A stretch of DNA of 64,000 bases. Source: Candidatus Poribacteria bacterium. GTDB lineage: Bacteria; Poribacteria; WGA-4E; PCPOR2b. Made by a program: the position numbers and the translations under genes. This document shows, piece after piece, positions 58,271 to 64,000 of the stretch; position 1 is the stretch's first letter, and each line of letters begins with the position of its first letter. The notes beneath the pieces are model-generated. The model did no database searches. It worked only from the letters and a program-made list of their open reading frames with translations, and was not told where the DNA came from. The stretch spans positions 2,080,001-2,144,000 of the forward strand of contig OZ220744.1 of NCBI GenBank assembly GCA_965116925.1. Direction: 5' to 3'.

Positions 58271-60304
58271 TCAAACCTTATGTAAGTGCAGCACGCTCAA
58301 GCCGTAAACAATCACGCTTGGGATTGTGAAGTGAATCCGCTCGTCAAGCGTTTCGTGAGGTAGGGTAGCCGATTCGCCCTTCTCCGGATAGAGCCACTCG
58401 ACCTTATTTACCAGACAGCCCTTCGGCACCTTACACGCTACTTGAACGGGTCCTGTTGGTTGCGGTGTTTCGATATCCGCTTCCTCATCCTGTCGGTAAT
58501 TGACCCAATGCAGCACCAAAGCATCATGCCCTTCGGGCATCCAAGCGCGTACCCGAACAAACCAAGGCGCGTCGGTTTCCAAGTATACTTCCCCAAGCAA
58601 ATCTTCCAAATCCCTCAGAAAACCTTGTCCAAAGGAATCAGCCTCTGGGGAGGGATATACCGGTAGTTGTACACCATCTCGCACTTCCACCGAATCGGGT
58701 TCCCATTGTCCCTCCGCGACATAGCACACACTTTCCGGTTTTGTGCTCTGGTGCTCCTCCTCGGTTAGCGTCCAATCTGCTAACAACTCTTCCGGGTAGG
58801 GTTGTCCGTCAAGTTGATGTTTTCCGGTGTCCCCTGTAAAGACGAGTTTTCCACCATTTTCGACGAACTGCTTGAGGTGTGCGCCCTCCTGTGGGGATAG
58901 ACGTTTTACGTCGGGTAGGATGAGCGTATCGTAGTTAGTGGCGCGATCGAGAAGTTGTTCATCGAGAACAGTGTCGAAGAGTAGATGCTTGTCCTCCAAC
59001 AACCGACCAATCCGCTTGAGCGGTTCTAGGCAATCCGATTCGTCCTCTAATTCAGCGCGGCGCGGATAGACCAGTGCTAGCTGGGCCCAGGGTTGGGCGG
59101 GATGTAGAAGGGCTTCATGATCGGCGAGAAAACGTTGATAGCGGATAACGGGAGCGTAGTAATCCTCCACAGCAAAATCCGGGTTTTCATCATAGCCCCA
59201 ATGATATGCAAGTGCTGCGGCATGGTTTGCTGCGGCTTCGGCAATCGACAGTCGCAAGCGACGAAAATCGTATTTGTTAATTACAAAAGGCTTGCCGCCG
59301 CCAGCCGCATAGATGAACCGAGCGGGCAGCCCCATATCCGCCAGATAACGGTGCTTGATGAAACTCATCCCTTTATATCCGCCCTGACTGTACCAGATAT
59401 AATCCTCGTTTTTTGCCCATAGCCCACTCGGCAGCAGGCTGCGCTCGTCATGGGGCATGAAATCGTACTTGTGATACCACTGTGCTAGCAGGAGATCCGG
59501 CTTCAACGATCGACCATACGCGATGTATACTTCGTCCAGTGCCTCTTTGCGGCGAAGGTGGGTTGCACGGTTGATGGTTAGCTGAAACCGTTGTGCCAGA
59601 TCTTCCGGACATTCTGAGGACGGGGTTAAGTAATCTGCGACTTCGGTGAGGTCGTGCCCCCCAAAAATCCGTCGCAGGTCGGTAGTGTCGAAGGCTTGCT
59701 GTAGTTTGTCTCGCACATAATCTTGGCAATAACCGCATTGGCAGAAGTACTCGAAGTTATGATGCACATTGAATCCATCTATCCCCAATTCGATGGCTTT
59801 TTTCACCATCGGCTTCAGGGTGGCAAGCCAGTGCGGATTGCACATGCAACCGCTATATGTTAGATACGGACGACCTTCGATGTCCCATCGGCGCAATGTC
59901 CCGTCTGCGAGTCGTTGTTGGGTATCCTCTGCGCTAGCACAAGGAGCTTCTCCGAGAAGATCCTCCGTCCAGATTCGTTCCCACGCACCGAACAGTCCTT
60001 GTCCTTCTTCGTGGTTTCCGTAGTTCCACGCCATGCTCATCTGCCCGACAACCCGCGCGCCGGCTTCTTGGAGTTGGGGGATAAGTTCCGCTGCACAGGC
60101 AAGGTTTTCTCTTACCCCAACTAGCGGCATACCCACCCAGTGGCGATTAACTTCGGGGTCGTCCGCCAAGCTGTAGAACATTGGTCCGAAGGTTCCCACC
60201 TGCACAACTTGCAATTTTGCCCTTCTCACATGCTCCACTAGATCTAGCCGCTGTGGGATACTCCAGTGTTCAGCCATGCGATTAAACCAGAAATTTTCTG
60301 CCAT
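58271..60304 (-). CDS. Putative glycoside hydrolase-like protein (TIM barrel + GH42-type trimerisation domain)
   Basis: CMCNPHW, GIDGF..H..FEY.CQCGYC, LALVYP, YDTLILP...FVENGGKLVFTG; SD AAGGAGG. Confidence 0.6.
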   Translation of the reverse strand: MAENFWFNRMAEHWSIPQRLDLVEHVRRAKLQVVQVGTFGPMFYSLADDPEVNRHWVGMPLVGVRENLACAAELIPQLQEAGARVVGQMSMAWNYGNHEEGQGLFGAWERIWTEDLLGEAPCASAEDTQQRLADGTLRRWDIEGRPYLTYSGCMCNPHWLATLKPMVKKAIELGIDGFNVHHNFEYFCQCGYCQDYVRDKLQQAFDTTDLRRIFGGHDLTEVADYLTPSSECPEDLAQRFQLTINRATHLRRKEALDEVYIAYGRSLKPDLLLAQWYHKYDFMPHDERSLLPSGLWAKNEDYIWYSQGGYKGMSFIKHRYLADMGLPARFIYAAGGGKPFVINKYDFRRLRLSIAEAAANHAAALAYHWGYDENPDFAVEDYYAPVIRYQRFLADHEALLHPAQPWAQLALVYPRRAELEDESDCLEPLKRIGRLLEDKHLLFDTVLDEQLLDRATNYDTLILPDVKRLSPQEGAHLKQFVENGGKLVFTGDTGKHQLDGQPYPEELLADWTLTEEEHQSTKPESVCYVAEGQWEPDSVEVRDGVQLPVYPSPEADSFGQGFLRDLEDLLGEVYLETDAPWFVRVRAWMPEGHDALVLHWVNYRQDEEADIETPQPTGPVQVACKVPKGCLVNKVEWLYPEKGESATLPHETLDERIHFTIPSVIVYGLSVLHLHKV

Positions 60305-60409
60305 ATTTCCTCCTTAACTATGGTGAATTCTTCTCTGCATTTCTCTGCGTTCTCTGTGCCTCGGCGGTCAGGTTTGGATAAAAGCCGGCAACGATTAATC
60401 TTGTACTGG

Positions 60410-61645
60410 TTATGCGAGTGCCTCTAACAGACGCGAGACATCTTCTTGGTTGTTGAAAACAGAGGGAGAGATCCGCATCTTGTTGCCGTGGCGCATTGCG
60501 ACGTGAACGCCGGCGTTTCTAAGCTTCTCGATTGTCGTTCTTGGATTTGGCACCAGAAAAGTCACAATGGGGCTTTCGTTCCCCTTGGGGGTGATAGTAG
60601 GATAGCCGAGAGCGGGCAGTTCCTCCATCAGCCGATCGGTGAGGGTGCGTACATGGTTGCGAATATTGTGAACACCCAACCGGAGAATATACTTCAGGCT
60701 CTCTTGAGCACAGATGGCACCCTCGTAGGACGGATAGCTAACTTCGTAACAGGTGGGTCCGGGCGTTGGTGTAAAGGTGTACTCCGGTATGTCCGGATCA
60801 GGTGCTTCAACCCAAGGAGGGTAATTGAAACTTATACCTCCGCAATGCTGGGTGGGTTTCACCACAGTTTCTTGGAGGTCTGAGCGCACGTAGAGGAAGC
60901 CGAACCCCTTGACACCCATTAGCCACTTAAAGGTAGAACAGGCAGCGAAGTCGATGCCCATCGCTTGTACATCTACCGGCACAGCCCCTACGCCCTGAAT
61001 AATATCGACATAGAGATAAGCACCGTGCGCGTGGGCGAGGTCACTGATGGCTTTCACATCCGAGAGATAGCCGTTGACGTTCGATACCAGTGTTATGGAG
61101 ACCAGTTTGGTATTGTGATCAATTGCGCGTTCCATGTCGTGGTAGTTGATCTGCCAATCGCGGTGTTTGACGATGCGGAGGATCTCACCGTTCCTGCTGC
61201 AAAAGAGTGGCGATTCCTGTTCCCGCATTTTATAGTTGTAAAGGGATGCGGCGTAGTGCAGGTCGTGGGTGACGATGTTGCCACCGGAGAGGTGCTCCTG
61301 CATACCGTTGATTAGGTTGCTCTCTGCTTCAACAGCACTGCGGGCAAAGGCGATATCTTCCGGTTGGGCGTTGATGAGTTTGGCGAAAAGACGTTTGGAT
61401 TCGTCCCGTGGTGCTGCCCAAGGGGGCCACCACGGCTCGCCGACCTCGTGCGTGACCCAGTCGATATAGCGGTGTAGGGCAGCGGCGGAGTGAACACTGA
61501 GTGGGTGTGATGAGGCGTTATCGAAGTACGCAGCGGTCTTTGCCCGCGGAAAGTCGTTGCGGACTGCGTCGAAGTCGGGTTTTTCCACCGAGGCTGTAAC
61601 GGATGCCGGCTGCTCGTCAATAGAAGTGACTTGGTGATGATTCAT
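60410..61645 (-). CDS. Class V PLP enzyme (kynureninase/isopenicillin-N-epimerase/C-S lyase-like)
   Basis: YFDNAS, VDIIQGVGA, STFKWLMG (PLP Lys), MRISPSVFN. It lacks the desulfurase RxGHHC cysteine. Confidence 0.85.
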   Translation of the reverse strand: MNHHQVTSIDEQPASVTASVEKPDFDAVRNDFPRAKTAAYFDNASSHPLSVHSAAALHRYIDWVTHEVGEPWWPPWAAPRDESKRLFAKLINAQPEDIAFARSAVEAESNLINGMQEHLSGGNIVTHDLHYAASLYNYKMREQESPLFCSRNGEILRIVKHRDWQINYHDMERAIDHNTKLVSITLVSNVNGYLSDVKAISDLAHAHGAYLYVDIIQGVGAVPVDVQAMGIDFAACSTFKWLMGVKGFGFLYVRSDLQETVVKPTQHCGGISFNYPPWVEAPDPDIPEYTFTPTPGPTCYEVSYPSYEGAICAQESLKYILRLGVHNIRNHVRTLTDRLMEELPALGYPTITPKGNESPIVTFLVPNPRTTIEKLRNAGVHVAMRHGNKMRISPSVFNNQEDVSRLLEALA

Positions 61646-61866
61646 GATGGATCTCCAACGCTATGTTGAGGAAATATCTGAGGTTTTCGCGATTATCTTA
61701 TCAGTGTTTTATCAATTTTACAACAAAAATGCGATTAGTCTGTAATGGCATTGTTTTATCGCTAATATTGAGAAAGGGTGGTATAATAAATATATAGAAT
61801 TTCTTATGATCACATTGGCGGCTATTCATCATACAAAACTGGTTATATGACAACGGAGGTGCTTTT

Positions 61867-62892
61867 ATGCCGTTTGGAGGCAATGACTGGCTTGCTTTAA
61901 CCCCGGAACCGACCTTGGAGCCGGAGATTCCTATCTGTGATCCCCATCATCACTTCTGGGACTTTCGGACAGAGCGGGTTCCTTATCAACGGTATCTGCT
62001 TCACGAGCTAGCTGATGATGTGAACAGTGGTCACAATGTGCGATCCACGGTGTTTGTTGAAGCAAGAGCGATGTACCGCGCTGACGGACCGGAGGAGATG
62101 CGTCCTGTGGGCGAAGTTGAATTTGTGCAAGGGTTGGCAGCCGCCAGCGCGAGCGGGTTATACGGACCTTGCCGGGCTGCAGCAGCAATCGTCGGCCACG
62201 CCAACCTGAACTTGGGGGAGCGGGTTGAACCGGTGCTTCAAGCGTTGCAGGCAGCGAGTCCTAATCGCTTTCGGGGTATCCGCCATGCTGTAACTTGGGA
62301 TCCCCATCCAGAGGTCGAAAACACGAGTGCTCACAGAATGCAGGGACAGTTGGCTACCGATAATTTTCGGGCTGGTGCACGGGTGCTAGCAGGTATGGGG
62401 CTGTCCTTTGAGGCTTGGATGTACTTCCCCCAGCTGCCCGAATTGGCGGATTTTGCCAAAGCTGTGCCTGACCTGACTATTATTCTCAATCATATCGGAG
62501 GTTTGCTACGGGTTGGTCCTTATGCCAACCGGGACGACGAGGTACTCGCCACTTGGCGGAACGGCATCGCTGCTGTGGCAAAATGTCCCAATATCAACCT
62601 TAAACTGGGCGGCATCGGAATGCCCCGCACCGGTTTTGACTGGCACGACCGAACAACACCCGCTGGGTCGGAAGAGCTTGCATCGGATATGGCACCCTTG
62701 ATGAATTACTGCATTGAACAGTTCGGTCCCGACCGGTGTATGTTTGAGAGCAATTTCCCCGTCGATAAAGTGTCGTATTCCTACCACGTGATGTATAACG
62801 CTTTCAAACGTTTATCATCGGGTTACTCGGCTGACGAGCGTGCTGCTATGTTTCACGATACCGCTGTGCGTGTATATAAGATAGATCTGTGA
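61867..62892 (+). CDS. Amidohydrolase_2 family protein (L-fuconolactonase-like)
   Basis: DPHHHFW, RFRGIRH, ILNHIG, KLGG, MFESNFPVD. Confidence 0.88.
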   Translation: MPFGGNDWLALTPEPTLEPEIPICDPHHHFWDFRTERVPYQRYLLHELADDVNSGHNVRSTVFVEARAMYRADGPEEMRPVGEVEFVQGLAAASASGLYGPCRAAAAIVGHANLNLGERVEPVLQALQAASPNRFRGIRHAVTWDPHPEVENTSAHRMQGQLATDNFRAGARVLAGMGLSFEAWMYFPQLPELADFAKAVPDLTIILNHIGGLLRVGPYANRDDEVLATWRNGIAAVAKCPNINLKLGGIGMPRTGFDWHDRTTPAGSEELASDMAPLMNYCIEQFGPDRCMFESNFPVDKVSYSYHVMYNAFKRLSSGYSADERAAMFHDTAVRVYKIDL

Positions 62893-62994
62893 ACTAACGA
62901 TAACGGTTTGGAACTGTTATTGACGTGAAATGTGATGCGTGATGCGTAAAAAGTTGGGGCATGAACCAGTGCCCCCTTGAACAATGAGGATATT

Positions 62995-64000
62995 ATGCAA
63001 ATTAAAAATCCGTCAGGCATCAAAAGCGGCTTAACAAACTACGGGGATCCAGAGTTCAGCGTCTACATCCGTAAGGCGTTTGCCAAGGCGATGGGATATT
63101 CGGATCAGGAGTTGGAACGTCCTATCGTGGGCATCATCAACACCTTCAGCGGTTTCAACAGTTGTCATCACAATTTTGCCGACCTTATCGAAGCGGTGAA
63201 ACGAGGGGTGTTGTCTCACGGTGGGCTGCCGATTGAATTCCCGACAATTTCGCTTGGCGAGATGTTTACATCGCCCACTACGATGATGTTTCGCAACCTG
63301 ATGGCAATGGACACGGAGGAGATGATTCGTGCCCAGCCGATGGACGGTGTTGTCCTGTTGGGTGGGTGCGATAAGACAGTTCCCGCTCAGTTGATGGGAG
63401 CAGTGAGTGCAGATCGTCCGGCGATCTGTCTGGTTGCGGGCCCGATGATTACCGGGGATTATCAGGGACAACGACTTGGGGCTTGCACCGACTGCCGTCG
63501 GTTCTGGGGTGAATATCGCGCTGGTCGTTTGAACGAAGACGAGCTGGCTGAGGTCGAGAGTCGATTGTGTTCTAGCACAGGAACTTGTATGGTGATGGGC
63601 ACAGCCAGCACGATGGCGACGTTGGCGGAGGCACTCGGACTGATGTTGCCCGGCGGTGCGGCTATCCCTGCGGTGATGTCGGAACGGCGGCGTCATGCGG
63701 AAGCGGCGGGTAGGATGATTGTTTCAATGATTAAGAACGATCTCCGTCCCTCGAAGATTTTGACAGAACGGTCTTTCGAGAACGCGATCCGTCTTCTGAT
63801 GGCGATTGGTGGTTCAACAAACGGTGTCATCCATTTGACAGCGATTGCGCGGCGACTCGGCATTAAGCTTGAACTCACGGATTTTGATCGGATCAGCGAT
63901 GAGACACCGGTCATAGTAAATCTCAAACCGAGCGGTGCGTATTATATGGAAGATCTCTTTAAGGCGGGCGGAATCCCTGTGGTGATGAAGGCACTCGAAG
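62995..64000 (+). CDS. IlvD/Edd family dehydratase (sugar-acid dehydratase-like), 3'-partial; absent from the ORF track
   Basis: ATG 62995 after GAGG: MQIKNPSG...RPIVGIINTFSGFNSCH...RNLMAMDTEE...GGCDKTVPA...GTCMVMGTASTM...AIGGSTN; open to the window end. Confidence 0.92.
   Translation, partial: MQIKNPSGIKSGLTNYGDPEFSVYIRKAFAKAMGYSDQELERPIVGIINTFSGFNSCHHNFADLIEAVKRGVLSHGGLPIEFPTISLGEMFTSPTTMMFRNLMAMDTEEMIRAQPMDGVVLLGGCDKTVPAQLMGAVSADRPAICLVAGPMITGDYQGQRLGACTDCRRFWGEYRAGRLNEDELAEVESRLCSSTGTCMVMGTASTMATLAEALGLMLPGGAAIPAVMSERRRHAEAAGRMIVSMIKNDLRPSKILTERSFENAIRLLMAIGGSTNGVIHLTAIARRLGIKLELTDFDRISDETPVIVNLKPSGAYYMEDLFKAGGIPVVMKALE

Noticed and set aside
60410..61645. Cysteine desulfurase/selenocysteine lyase linked to the selenoprotein
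   Set aside because: The catalytic Cys loop is absent and the gene is 42 kb away.
248..62787. Numerous 60-240 aa ORFs overlapping the called genes
   Set aside because: Alternative-frame or antisense shadows without family motifs.
63031..63926. Minus-strand ORFs of 221 aa and 77 aa
   Set aside because: Antisense shadows of the IlvD-family gene on the plus strand.

Overview
A bacterial chromosomal window of roughly 50% GC, densely packed with catabolic enzyme genes: four PhyH-type Fe(II)/2OG dioxygenases, several Gfo/Idh/MocA oxidoreductases, two enolase-superfamily enzymes, a GMC oxidase, CocE/NonD and esterase-like hydrolases, and an IlvD-type dehydratase. It also holds transporters (ActP-like, two MFS, AlsT-like), housekeeping genes (topA, ftsE, trpB, mtnP, def-like) and envelope proteins. 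This repertoire resembles Candidatus Poribacteria, which is an inference only. No rRNA, tRNA or CRISPR array was seen. Two features are missed by the ORF track. (1) A secreted thioredoxin/peroxiredoxin-fold selenoprotein (17560..18423) with a UxxC motif, an in-frame UGA and a well-placed bacterial SECIS hairpin. (2) A 428-bp ORF-less IS200/IS605-type element (23547..23974) with recognisable left and right ends, its own promoter and a ~310-nt highly structured RNA ending at the right end; this is a candidate stand-alone TnpB-type guide-RNA cassette with an unexplained extra 5' domain. The intergenic DNA also carries at least three MITE-like families with variable REP-hairpin cargo, REP-associated tandem duplications, an intact IS5/IS1031 element, and two probably inactivated toxin/defence genes with in-frame stops. 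All calls were made by eye; no database searches or folding computations were run.
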